Shown piece by piece: positions 40,251 through 51,570 of a DNA stretch of 64,000 nucleotides. Each line of letters begins with the position of its first letter. The stretch's first letter is position 1. Made by a program: the position numbers and the translations under genes. The notes under the pieces are model-generated. The model ran no database searches. It had not been told where the DNA came from and saw nothing but the letters and a program-made list of their open reading frames with translations. Location of the stretch: assembly GCA_951406725.2 (NCBI GenBank), contig OX597820.1:8680001-8744000 (forward strand), read 5' to 3'. This stretch comes from Octopus vulgaris. Taxonomy: Eukaryota.

Positions 40251-40789
40251 TTAAGTGCATGGTGTTAGGAGAGGCATCCAGCCATAGAAACCATGGAGCT
40301 GGACAGTTTCATATCAAACCATCCAACTCAAGCCAGCATGGGAAACGGGCATTAAATGATGATGAAATACTAAACTTCAAAGAAAAAAAATAACTGAAAA
40401 TAAATTCAAAACTAAATCCCTGAGCGAGGTATAAACAGTAGCTGCAACACATCGTGAAGTATATTTACCATTTAAATATGGCTAACCCCTAAGGGTGGGT
40501 GCTACTGTAGATTGGTGCCCCAGGAGGACACCTCCTCTAGCTGGCTATAGACACACTTTCTGTGCACTATCAAAGGGAAGCCATCCTTCCCGTCTTCAAC
40601 CTCAAAAATAAATTCCTTATTTGTAAAACTCTCCCCATATATACATAGACACACATGCTAAAACAAAACAAGACTCGGCTGTCTTAACTGGAATCCCGCA
40701 TTTGATCATAGGATCAAGCTGGATCTAAATAGCATAAATGCACACACACACACACAAAGAAACAAGTTAAATAGAAGCAAGTGCCATAC

Positions 40790-41039
40790 CTCGTGGCCAA
40801 ATCTAGAAACTGGTAGTTTTCTCCGTTGCGCTTCTTCTGTTCCAGTTCGTACAAAAGCACATTAACAAGATGAGAATTCTTGATAACAAGGGGAATCTCG
40901 GTAAACATGTTTTCAAAGTTTAGCTTCAGCCTGTTCACTGATTCAGGGGTGAATTCGCCTTCCCTGTAAAACTCCATCATGGCATCAGTGAGACGGTACG
41001 CTTTCAGGGATAAAAACCCTTGAGAGGTTTTCAGGGGAT
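40790..41039 (-). CDS. EIF3H: eIF3H exon 4 (DPLKTSQGFLSLKAYRLT...IPLVIKNSHLVNVLL...FLDLAT)
   Basis: ctttag acceptor, gtatgg donor, 250 nt, phase 1-2. Confidence 0.96.
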
Positions 41040-41082
41040 CTAAAGAAAAATGTCAAAACAACAAATTTAATACAGAAATTTA

Positions 41083-41193
41083 ATTAAGAAACCCCGTTAT
41101 AATGGGAAGGTGAAATGCATGTGTACATGAGTGCCCATTATATATACAGTAGCACCTCAGTTTTCCAACAACTCTGATCGCAAATAAATCATG

Positions 41194-41244
<51 letters not shown>

Positions 41245-41325
41245 CATCATCATTTAGCGTATATTTATATATATAAAAATTAGAAAAAACCCACCTTTTA
41301 TCAATTCAAAATGAATAATTAAATT
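41083..41325. repeat. ~200-240-bp dispersed duplication; partner at 44963-45162
   Basis: attaagaaaccccgttataatgggaagg...aaaattagaaaaaacccaccttttatc near-identical in eIF3H introns 3 and 2. Confidence 0.9.
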
Positions 41326-41719
41326 TGTTTTGAAATTTTCTTTAGATCTCCTGAAAAAATAGTTTTAATTTAAACTGCTTCAGTCATGGTTGAGCTGGTG
41401 AGATATTAACATAAAAACTTTGGGATGAGATCCTTGACGTATTTTGAAGGACAGTGGCTCTAAATAAGAATTGACTTAGATTGTGACAATCTGCCCAACC
41501 CATAACAGCACAGAAAGAAGACTGCTGCTGCAGGTTGATGTGGAGGCAGCGGCAGGGGAGAAGGAGGAACTAAAGTTAGCAAGCAGTTACATTTTTGGCA
41601 GATACATCAGAGATGGGGGTTATGGAGTAGAGGTGTAGAGAACTAGCTATGTCATAGAGAGCAAAAATGGTACAGAGCTGGGCAGTAGACAGTATAGAGC
41701 TAGCTAATACAGATAGAAA

Positions 41720-43885
41720 CAACTATGAAATTGTATGAAATTGCTAGACAAAGTCATGAAAGTTACTGAGAGGGTTATAGGTCAATTGATTAGGAATAGA
41801 ACTAAACCAGATGATAGGAAGTTTGGTTTTGTATCTGTGAAGGGTACCACAGATGCCATCTTCCCAGTGCGACGGCTGCAGGAAAAGTGCTTGACCAAAA
41901 GTAAGCCATTGTACTTACCCTTCGTCAACTTGGAGAAAGCTTTCGACACAGTTCCCCGCTCTGTTATAAGGTGGTCTCTAAAGAAGGTAGGAGTAGAGGA
42001 GTGGCTTGTTAGAGCTGTACAAGCCATGTACAGTGGTGTTGTCAGTAAGGTGGGAATCAGCCATGAATACAGTGTACAGGTAGGGGTTCACAGCCCACTC
42101 TTATTCATTAGAGTCCTCCAGATCGTCGCAGAGGAATTCAAAATTGGGTACCCATGGGAACTGCAATATGATGACGACCTTGCTCTTATTGCAGAATTGG
42201 AGAGGAAATTCCAGGTATGGAAACAAAACCTGGATCAAAGGGCCTTAAAGTTAACATAGCAAAGATCAAAGTTGTCGTTAGTAAGAAAGAAGATAAAACT
42301 CTCTTTCTGTCAGATAAACGGCCCTAGAAGAAATTCCATTCGCTGCACCCAGTGTAAACTATGGACACATAAGAGATGCAGTGGAATCACAGGTAGATTA
42401 ATAAAGTTGTCATATGTGGCAGATGTCCAGGAAAAATAAGCACAAAGAGCACATGGGAATTAGATTCTCTCAAATGCCCAGGAGGCTCTCTTGAGGTTGT
42501 GGATGGTTTGTTACCTAAGTGACCAAATTAGCAATGGTGGATGATGCTCTGAAAGTATTGTTTCTAGAATAAGAATTGGGTGGAGAAGTTCAGAGACCTC
42601 TGTTGGCAACAAAAGCACTCTCTCTCTCTCAGAGTGAAAGGAAGACTATACAGTGCTTGTGTGCAAATGGCTAAACTCCATGGTAGTGAGACATGGGCTC
42701 TGAATGCAGAAGACATGCAGAGACTGGAGAGAAATGAAGGCAGTATGCTGCATTGGATGTGCAACATCAGTGCACATGTACAACAAAGTGCAAATGTTTT
42801 GAGAGAAAAGAGGGACATAAGAGGAATCACATGTGGCATGCAAGAGAGAAGACTACGTTGGTTTGGACATGTGATGAGTATGAAAGAGGAAAGAAGTGCC
42901 ATTCATTGAAAGTGGAGGGTACCTGCAGAAGGAGGAAGCCCAGGAAGACGTGGGATGAAGCGGTAAGGACTGATCTCAGGATGTTGGGTCTCACAGAGGA
43001 AATGACAATGGTGATATGAAGTTCTTGAGAAGACCCGCCCACATCAGTGAAACTGAGTTCTTGAAGTGCCATGTGTCCTATCCACACTTAAGAAAACTTT
43101 TCGCTCACCCTACCCCAACAAACCAATCTACATCTTCACATCTCTTCTTTTCATAACATTTCCTCCTTCCTACACTATGCCTAGCTCTCACTCCCCAATC
43201 CTGTCCTCACGGCCTTATCCCTCTGTATCATTGCTATCCAGTAGCCCCTTGACTCTTCAGGTTTTACACCACTCACTCCACCACCTCCATACCCTTTGAT
43301 CACACTTCCTTTGCAATATCCTGCCACTCGTATTATGGCATTTGAACCTCAAGGGTATGCCCTGGCACCTGCCCCCATCTATATCTTTCTCTTCCTTTAC
43401 TCAACCATCCCATATATTTTCTGATCCCCGTCCTTTGTGAGTATGCCTGGCATTTTCCCACCATCTCTATCCTGTTGTCTCCCATTCTCATTCTCCTCTG
43501 GTCGTATTTTCTTTGTGGTAACACACCTATTTCTGTCTTCATTCCTGATCTCTCCCTCTTTCCGGCCAGCTAACCTGGTACTTTCTCTACAGCAAGGCAC
43601 CTGTTTCTGTCTCGCTATAACCTTTCATCATCTGACACAAGATCACCTCCTCCAAACTTGAAAGTAGTTTTTCGTCTTGCAAGTACTTGGTGACCCCATC
43701 AGTGCAGGTGCCACTTAAAAGCATCCAGTCCACATTGTAAAATGGTTGGTGTTTGGAAGGGCATCCAGCTGTAAAAACCTTGCCAAAACAGACACTAAAG
43801 TCTGGTGCAGTCCTGACCAGTTCCTGTCAAATCGTCCAACCCATTCCAGCATGAAAGGCAGACGTTAAACGATGATGATGATGAA
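41720..43885 (+). mobile_element. RTE LINE fragment with 3' UTR and (GAT)n tail
   Basis: NLEKAFDTVPR, YDDDLAL, ERRLRWFGHV. Confidence 0.88.
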
Positions 43886-44533
43886 CCATTTAATTATAAA
43901 TCATACTGCACGGTAGCTTGTCTTTTACTATAGCCTTGACAAAACCTCCTAAGCAGAATTTGGTCAAAGGAATCTGTCGGAAAGCCCATTAGAGGAACTG
44001 TTCTTGTTAACCCTACCACCTTCTCAGGGTACCTACCTTGACCAAGTGTTCACAAGAAGTTTGTATTCTTTTTTTTTCTCCCACCTGTCACAGAGACTCT
44101 AAAACAAAAGTCGGATCTCATTCCCTTCCTAAATTAAGTCATGAAAAATATGGTCTCAAACAGAGACATAACCAGTTTATTAGATTTAGGAATCACTCAA
44201 GTCCAGCTTGATCACAGTAAGCATGGGGTCATTTTTACTGCTAATTATCATGACCAGGAAGGATCACTGTGTTGGCCCTTCCTATCACTAACCACAAAAA
44301 CTGTTTCCAGTTTGCTGAACTGGAGCAAACAGCGATTTCTTCAGCAGGAACACAAAATAACGGTAGTCGCAGTAAAGGGTTCAAGGTTACTAGTGCTTTG
44401 GAAGGGGTGGGGTCTAAAAGGAAGGGTCCAGCTCAGCTGAAATCATTAGCTACTTATGAAAACCTTAGAAATTTCTCTGAATGGAAGGAAATGAAAAACA
44501 ATAAATAAAAAAAAAACATGAATAATGACTCAC

Positions 44534-44701
44534 CATAAATAAGCACAACTGACTCTTCAATGGAGTGTTGGTAGTTATACTGGGAGTCGACAAGAGTACG
44601 ATTGATGAAGGAATTAAAATATGTACTCTGGTACCAACCAACGTGGAGATGGTCAATATTGACATGACGCAGGTTACGGAAGATCTCAATCTGATAACGA
44701 A
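44534..44701 (-). CDS. EIF3H: eIF3H exon 3 ([26 protein letters not shown]...EESVVLIY)
   Basis: tttcag acceptor, gtgagt donor, 168 nt, phase 1-1; [17 protein letters not shown] is characteristic of eIF3h. Confidence 0.97.
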
Positions 44702-45076
44702 CTGAAACAAATATATTTAAAGTCATTAAATCTGACAACAACAATGAGGGATACAATGCTGATTAAGAGGCCATCATTCTTTCCACTTTTTCCTATTTAG
44801 TGATGGTGTTGACGGTATCCTTCATGCATATACATACACACACACATAACATACATAGGTGTATATTCATGCACAAAGGCATAGAAAACACTATAGACAG
44901 ACACACACTAACTGCAAACAGCAAAAAAGGTCGGGTGTAATGAGGGTATGCAGAAGATGATGATTAAGAAACCCCGTTATAATGGGAAGGTGAAATGCAT
45001 GTGTACATGAGTGCCCATTATATATACAGTAGCACCTCAGTTTTCCAACAAATCTGATCGCAAATAACTCATTCTT

Positions 45077-45110
<34 letters not shown>

Positions 45111-45112
<2 letters not shown>

Positions 45113-45420
45113 AAAATTAGAAAAAAACCACCTTTTATCAATTCAAAATGAACAATTAAATTACACCATCTAGAAAATTACATATAATAGAAATATTAAA
45201 ATTAAAATAACAATAATATACCAATGATTAAGTAAATGGCAAAATAATAATAAAAACATATAATTGGCAGAATAACAATTTTTTTTTTTGCAATTTACTT
45301 AATCATCGGTATATTACTGTTATTTTAATTTTAATATTTCTATTATATGTAATTTTCTAGATGGTGTAATTTAATTGTTCATTTTGAATTGATAAAAGGT
45401 GGGTTTTTTTCTAATTTTTT
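45111..45420. repeat. AT-rich foldback, ~135-bp arms, in eIF3H intron 2
   Basis: aaaaattagaaaaaaaccaccttttatc... versus ...gataaaaggtgggtttttttctaattttt; TA flanks. Confidence 0.9.
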
Positions 45421-45864
45421 TATATATATATTATATTATATGAAATTTGATTTAGTATTTCTAAATTGAATTTTTCCCTGTAAGTTAGGAATAATATTCC
45501 CTCAAATAATAATAATTATTACTATTATTATATATATATATATATATATATATCACAATATTGACCAGACTATCGGATGCAGTTTATACATCTCTGGTCA
45601 CAATGCGCTTTGATTTGTCTCAGCCTTTGAATGATACCACCCCACTGGCTAGACAAACAGGTGATCATTTCCCCAATAGGAAAGCTATTCTATTGCAGTT
45701 GAGTGAACTGGAGCAACCATGAAATGAACACAATGCAGCACTTGGTCCACAAATTGAACCCACGATCTAACAACCAGGAGCACAACAACCTAAACACTAA
45801 GTCAAGCAACTTCACACACACACACACACACACACACATACATTATATATATATATTATATAGA

Positions 45865-46820
45865 GGGCACTATTACACATAGTGTAATAATAAAAATTTG
45901 GTTAATTCCCTAGATGAACGAAAAATTAAATGTGGACATCAATTAAATTACTTATATAATAAGTTTAGTTAATTTGTGTATATATATATAAACCCTGTTT
46001 TATGTTACTAATTGTTGTAGTTATTATTTGTACTAGTAAGATGTGTAGAAATTAGCACGAGATTATATAGTCTATATTACATAATTAGAATAAGTTGAAA
46101 ATTAGATGTTTATAAGATAAATAAATATATTAATGAAAACAGATTAAATTATAGAATTTTAGCTTAATTTAAGTTTATTATATAATGTATTTTACATATT
46201 AGTATTTAAATTATTTAGACTTTAGAATTTTTCCAGTTCATGGTATATTAAAGTTATTTTTTTTCATTATTCTCACAGCTAAAATATATTTGTAATTTTA
46301 GTAGCTTAAATACATATTTTCCTATCTATTTCTTCTATAAATTCTATTTAAGTCATATTTTTTCTTATAAACGCTAAATTCTATGTTTTACGTTTAAAGT
46401 TTTAGTTAACGAAAATCCTTCGATAAGTTATATTCTTATTTTAAGAAATATTGTTGAATGCTTTTCGATTATTTATAGTTAATACACATATTTTTTTTAT
46501 ATATTTAATAATTAGTATAATTTAAGTACATTTATTCTATTATTATTTTTTATTATTCATTATCTTAGACCTGATGAGTGACTATGTTTTTTAAATAGAA
46601 TTAATTTTAGTTCGATTTAATTTTAAATCAAATTGATTTTATTATTATTATCTATTTGAAAATATAGCCAAGAAACGCGTGTGGTCTTTTTTCTACTATT
46701 TACTATTTATTGTACTTTATTGATTTTTAGAATAAGGTTTTTTCATAGTATATGTTTTCTATATGGTGTGAATAACATCTTTCATTATTGAATTGTTTAA
46801 TAGAGGTTTTTCTCTAAATT
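45865..46820 (+). mobile_element. Degenerate Penelope-like 3' end with AT-rich tail carrying a hammerhead
   Basis: ...NKNLVNSLDERKIKCGHQ resembles the PLE C-terminus; hammerhead at 46567; TA-run flanks. Confidence 0.5.
46567..46687 (+). ncRNA. Hammerhead motif with ~95-nt AU-rich stem II; triplet is GUG, probably inactive
   Basis: AGAC-CTGATGA-gTGACTAT...ATAGCCAa-GAAAC GCGT GTG-GTCT. Confidence 0.6.
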
Positions 46821-46836
46821 ATATATATATATTATA

Positions 46837-47349
46837 CTAGCAGTATCGCCCGGCGTTGCTCGGGTTTGTAAGGGAAATAACTATATAAGCATTTTTAGAG
46901 AGTTACTTCCCTTATAGATGCCAATTCGAGCTTTCTTAGACATTTCTGTTTTGGTGTCTTCAAGCCATGAAGTCGTTGTTCTAAAAGAACGCTGGTCTCC
47001 TTGACAACGCTTTACGACGTTGATTTCCTTACACTCCCTTCCCCACAGCTTCAAGAGGGAGGGAAGAAGGGGGAGAAGCAAACAGGTGCAGGTGTGACCA
47101 TGGACGCCAACTCCGCCGCCATCGACACACGAAAATTTATGCATTAAAATGGAATAAAAAATGATGTTAAATTATTTTTAAAATCGTAGACTCATCGTAG
47201 ACGCGCGCTAATACTCAGACGGGCTCGATATGAATCACAACTATAAGATACCCGAATTTGGTTAAACTGCACCGCAAAATGTGGGAGTAGTCAGGAATCT
47301 AAATCGAAGGGGACAGACACTCACACAACTACAGTTTTATATATATAGA
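46837..47349 (-). mobile_element. Non-autonomous Helitron
   Basis: Minus strand A|TCTATATAT ... CCCGAGCAACGCCGGG hairpin ... CTAG|T. Confidence 0.85.
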
Positions 47350-47448
47350 TAATGTGAAATTTGATTTTAAATTGTTAAATTGAATTTTTCCCTGTAAGTT
47401 TTGGAAATATATATAATTTTTTTTCGAAAAGTATATATCTATTTACAT

Positions 47449-47481
<33 letters not shown>

Positions 47482-47832
47482 AGTAATTTTGGAAAACAAA
47501 TTTCCAAATCAATCAGGTGTAACCCTACAGTGTTATATGCATCTACATATTATATTTTGAGGTCTTATTTATTGTATATTTATATATATATCTATAAATA
47601 TACAAAGTATCTGATAAAAGTCAATATTCAATTTTTGGGGATTAATCAATAAGTGAGTATTCTATTTCAGATAATACAAAAATAACCTAAAGAGTATATC
47701 TGACAGTAAACTCATGGTATCAGTTTGCACATCACGAAATAACACTTAAAGGATATAACCTAAATTGCCAGTTATATAGTGTACTTTATTAATTATATCA
47801 TACTTTAGTTAATACTTATATTAAACATGAAG

Positions 47833-47970
47833 GAACTACACGTGTTTCAGTATTGGAAGATTACAATATATATATACATATACACAACTGTATACCTATA
47901 TATATATACATATATAAATACATATATGTAATCATCAGATTTACAATTATTCCAACATCTCTTCAGGTTC
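47833..47970 (-). ncRNA. Type-I hammerhead with intact core, sense within eIF3H intron 2
   Basis: GAAC-CTGAAGA-gaTGTTGGAA...TTCCAATAct-GAAAC ACGT GTA-GTTC. Confidence 0.72.
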
Positions 47971-48128
47971 TATTTCAAAATATTATATATCTAATTTTAC
48001 ATCCCTTTAAAATAAGCAATACAATTAAGCATTAAGGATTAAAAATTATGAATTAGAAATTAAGAATAAAAATATTTTGTAATATCAAGAATTAAAATTT
48101 ATAAATTATACATTATAAATATGAATTA

Positions 48129-48178
<50 letters not shown>

Positions 48179-48349
48179 ATCATATAAAATCAAGTATATG
48201 TCAAATACAGAATGTGAGATATAAGATTAAACATCAATAAAAATGTGTGTTCAAATTTGATAAATAACAAGAAAAGTTCAAATATTTATCTTCCTTCTTT
48301 TTTTTTGGTTTTGCTGGTACTAAAATGGTGATTTGAGGAAGAAGATAGC

Positions 48350-48825
48350 AAGGAACTATAGGTGTTTATAGGTGATTAGTATCAAGGGGGGGTAATTACA
48401 TTTTTACATAGTTTTAATTTTAAATTCTCCACTATTAAAACAACAAAAAAATGGAAGGTGCAGTTATATACAGGTTGACAGAAGAAAAGCAGGACAAAAA
48501 CGATGCATGCAAATGGGTTTAGCTGGAGGTAAATCTAGATGGAAAAGGATGATGCTTTTTTTGTGCAAACTGCACGTGCATTTTTCTCGCATACGCATAG
48601 TATCGATCGCAACAGCTGATGTACTTGCGCGTACAAATGCATGATCCCACGGCTTTATCGATTGCATTCTCACCTGGAATCAATTTTTGTAATTTTTTCA
48701 AGACTTATATACGCCCTGATTCCGTCAGTATCTAATATCAAATTTGAGGGCAATCGGATGGAGGATGCCCGAGATCCTAGAAGACACACACACAGACAGA
48801 CAGACAACAGATTTTATATAATAGA
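48350..48825 (-). mobile_element. Helitron-like 5' fragment
   Basis: Minus strand starts TCTATTATATAAAA then (CTGT)n, like the 46837 element; 3' end not found. Confidence 0.5.
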
Positions 48826-49384
48826 TTATTAATGTGTTCCTAATAATTAAAGAATTTTATATTAGAGTTATATCCAGCTTCTTTTAAGGCTTTATTATAT
48901 GGGGCATGTTTATTAAAAGTGTTATAATCTGAGGATAACATACAAAGTGTGTGTGTGTGTGTGTGTGGTGTGGTCATCATTTAACGTCTGCTTTCCATGC
49001 TGGCATGGGTTAGACAGTTTGACTGGAACTGGTAAGCCTGAGAGCTGTACTAGGTTCCAGTCTGATTTGGCATGGTTTCTACAGCTGGATGCTCTTCCAA
49101 ACACCAACCACAGGTGTAACGGGTGCTCTTTACGTGCCACCAGCATGGGTGCTCTCTATGTGCCACTGGCACGGGGGCCAGATGCTTAAGCAGTGTCTGT
49201 TTCTGATCCTAGAACGTGCTGCAGAACAAATAAATAGCTTTAACACAATGTATACAAAAACACTTGCAGAGTTACACATGTAATATCTATAGTAACCACC
49301 AAAGGTTTGCAAGATCAGATGTTTTGAGAGGCCCAGGAAGGGCAGCTTTGTCTAGAACACATACGAAACAGGATTTCTACTTAC

Positions 49385-49541
49385 ACTCATCGAGTTCTTC
49401 TTCTTCTTGATGTCGTGGATAGGGAAAACAGTTGGTTATTTCCAGTCGGTTATCAACAACCAATCCCAGCAAGACACCCTGGACAAAATCCGCTCCACCG
49501 GAACCTTCATCTACGCAATGTTTAACTAACTTAAGCACAAC
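49385..49541 (-). CDS. EIF3H: eIF3H exon 2 ([52 protein letters not shown]), MPN domain
   Basis: ttttag acceptor, gtaagt donor, 157 nt; QGVLLGL...LEITNCFP is the MPN signature. Missed by the ORF track. Confidence 0.96.
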
Positions 49542-49653
49542 CTAAAATTAAACAGACAACAATAAACACTAGTTGAATGGAAGGAATCAGAAAATTTTAA
49601 TAAATCAAAATTACTGAGAAGAAATTATTTACCTTAATGATAAATTTAATTTG

Positions 49654-49707
<54 letters not shown>

Positions 49708-49853
49708 CTTTATTTAAAGCAGCAGAAAATTCAACAAAACCTGTTACTCCGAGTTTCACGTTGCTGTTCGTCGGAGCAAAAACTGTCCGACGAACGGCAA
49801 CATGAAACTCAGAGTAACAGGTTTTGTTGAATTTTCTGCTGCTTTAAATAAAG
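49708..49853. repeat. Foldback, ~68-bp arms and 10-nt spacer, in eIF3H intron 1
   Basis: ctttatttaaagcagcag...tcgga versus tccga...ctgctgctttaaataaag. Confidence 0.92.
49783..49820 (+). ncRNA. Compact hammerhead (U4C); inverted partial copy at 49741-49775
   Basis: CTGT-CCGACGA-ACG GCAA CAT-GAAA CTC A GAG TA-ACAG; consensus of the two arms gives ACG-GCAA-CGT, a GNRA-capped stem II. Confidence 0.65.
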
Positions 49854-49929
49854 CATATTACTCTACCACTGGTATTTGAGTACTCTTTTTTTCCACCTTG
49901 TTTCACATTTATGTGTTTACTCCGGTATA

Positions 49930-49982
<53 letters not shown>

Positions 49983-49983
49983 G

Positions 49984-50832
49984 ACACATAAGAAGGCAAT
50001 GGACACATAAGAGGTGCAGCAATATCAAAGGAAGGCTAACTGGGAAGATAGTTTTTGTATGTGGCAGATGCACAAGAGCAATAAACACTGAAAATGTGCA
50101 GAGAACAACTTCTGCCACATTCCAACTAGAAGTAGTTGATAGCTTCCGTTACCTAGGTGACCAAGTCAGTAGTGGGGGAGGGTGTGCTGAAAGTGTAGCT
50201 GCTAGAATAAGAATAGCCTGGGCAATTACTTGCTCAGAGTAAAAGGTAGACTGTATGACATGTGTACGAACAGCCATGCTACATGACAGTGAATATGCGT
50301 AAACTCGCAAGGAATGAAGCCAGTATGCTCCGATGGATGTGTAATGTCAGTGTGAATACTCAACAGAGTGTAAGTACCTTGAGAGAAAAGTTAGACCAAA
50401 GAAGCATCAGATGTGGTGTGCAAGAGAGACGACTGTGCCGGTATGGCCATGTGGCAAGAATGGATATGGATAGCTGTGTGAAAAAGTGCCACAATCTAGC
50501 AGCTGAGGGAACCTGTGGAATAGGTAGACCCAGGAAGACCTGGTGAAGCATGACCTTCACACATTGGGCCTCACCGAGGCAATGACTAGTAACCAGGACC
50601 TTTGGAAATATGCTGTGCGTGGCCGTTGCCAGTACCACCTGAGTGGCTGTCGTGCTGGTGGCATGTAAAATCACCCACTACACTCTCAGAGTGGTTGGCG
50701 TTAGGAAGGGCATCAAGCTGTAGAAACTCTGCCAGATCAGAGTGGAGCCTGGAGCAGCCATCTGGTTCGCCAGATCATCCAACCCATGCTAGCATGGAAA
50801 GCAGATGTTAAACGATGATGATGATGATGATC
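49984..50832 (+). mobile_element. RTE LINE 3' fragment
   Basis: EASMLRWMCNVS...ERRLCRYGHV...GRPRKTW; (GAT)n tail. Confidence 0.85.
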
Positions 50833-51029
50833 AGCATCATCATCATTCAACATGATTTAACATCCATTTTCCATGCTGGCAAGGACTGGACACTTTGGCA
50901 GGAGCTGGCAAGACCAGGAGCTACACCAAGTTCCAACTCAATTTCAATTCAATTTTTATTGGTTCAAAAAGTAAAAGCAAGGCCATGTAGGGAGACAGGG
51001 AGTTATGTACAGGGAGGGTGGTCATACAA

Positions 51030-51570
51030 AGAGTTCAGGCCATTTCTGGTCAAGAGAGACTTTGAACCGAGCAGTCGTTGGCATCTTCACTATCTCGTCC
51101 GGCAACTTATTCCACGGATCCGCAACCCGAACGGAGAAAGCCGCTCTCCTTCAAGTGAGATGAAATCGTTGCAGATAGAGCTTTTCGGAGAGACCCCGCA
51201 GCCCACACTTTGGAGCAGGAGTGAAGAACAGCTCTTTCGAGAGGTTACACTTTCCGCTTATGATGTTGTGAGCGAGAATGAGATCACCGCGGCGGCTGCA
51301 TTTTTCTAGAGAATAAAGGTCGAGCATCCTCAGCCTTTCTTCATAAGACAAATGTTTGAGACCAAGAACCATGCGGGTAGCCAGCTTCTGGACTCTTTCG
51401 AGATGATGTATGTCTTTGAGGAGATAAGGAGAAGAGGCTTGAATCCCGAACTCCAATATGGGTCTCACCAGCATGACATAGAGTGGTAGGAATATGGCTG
51501 CTGTGAGCATTCCGAATGACCATTGAATCAAAAACAGAACTCTGCATGCTTTGTTGGCAGCATGGACGCT
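51030..51570 (-). mobile_element. CR1-type LINE ORF2 3' fragment
   Basis: LYVMLVRPILEF...LERVQKLATRMV.GLKHLSYEERLRMLDLYSLE..RRGDLI. Confidence 0.88.

Noticed and set aside
40714-40980. ORF-track fragments (also 44454-44756 and 32357-32572) as separate genes
   Set aside because: They are eIF3H exons, or parts of them, in two cases read through into introns
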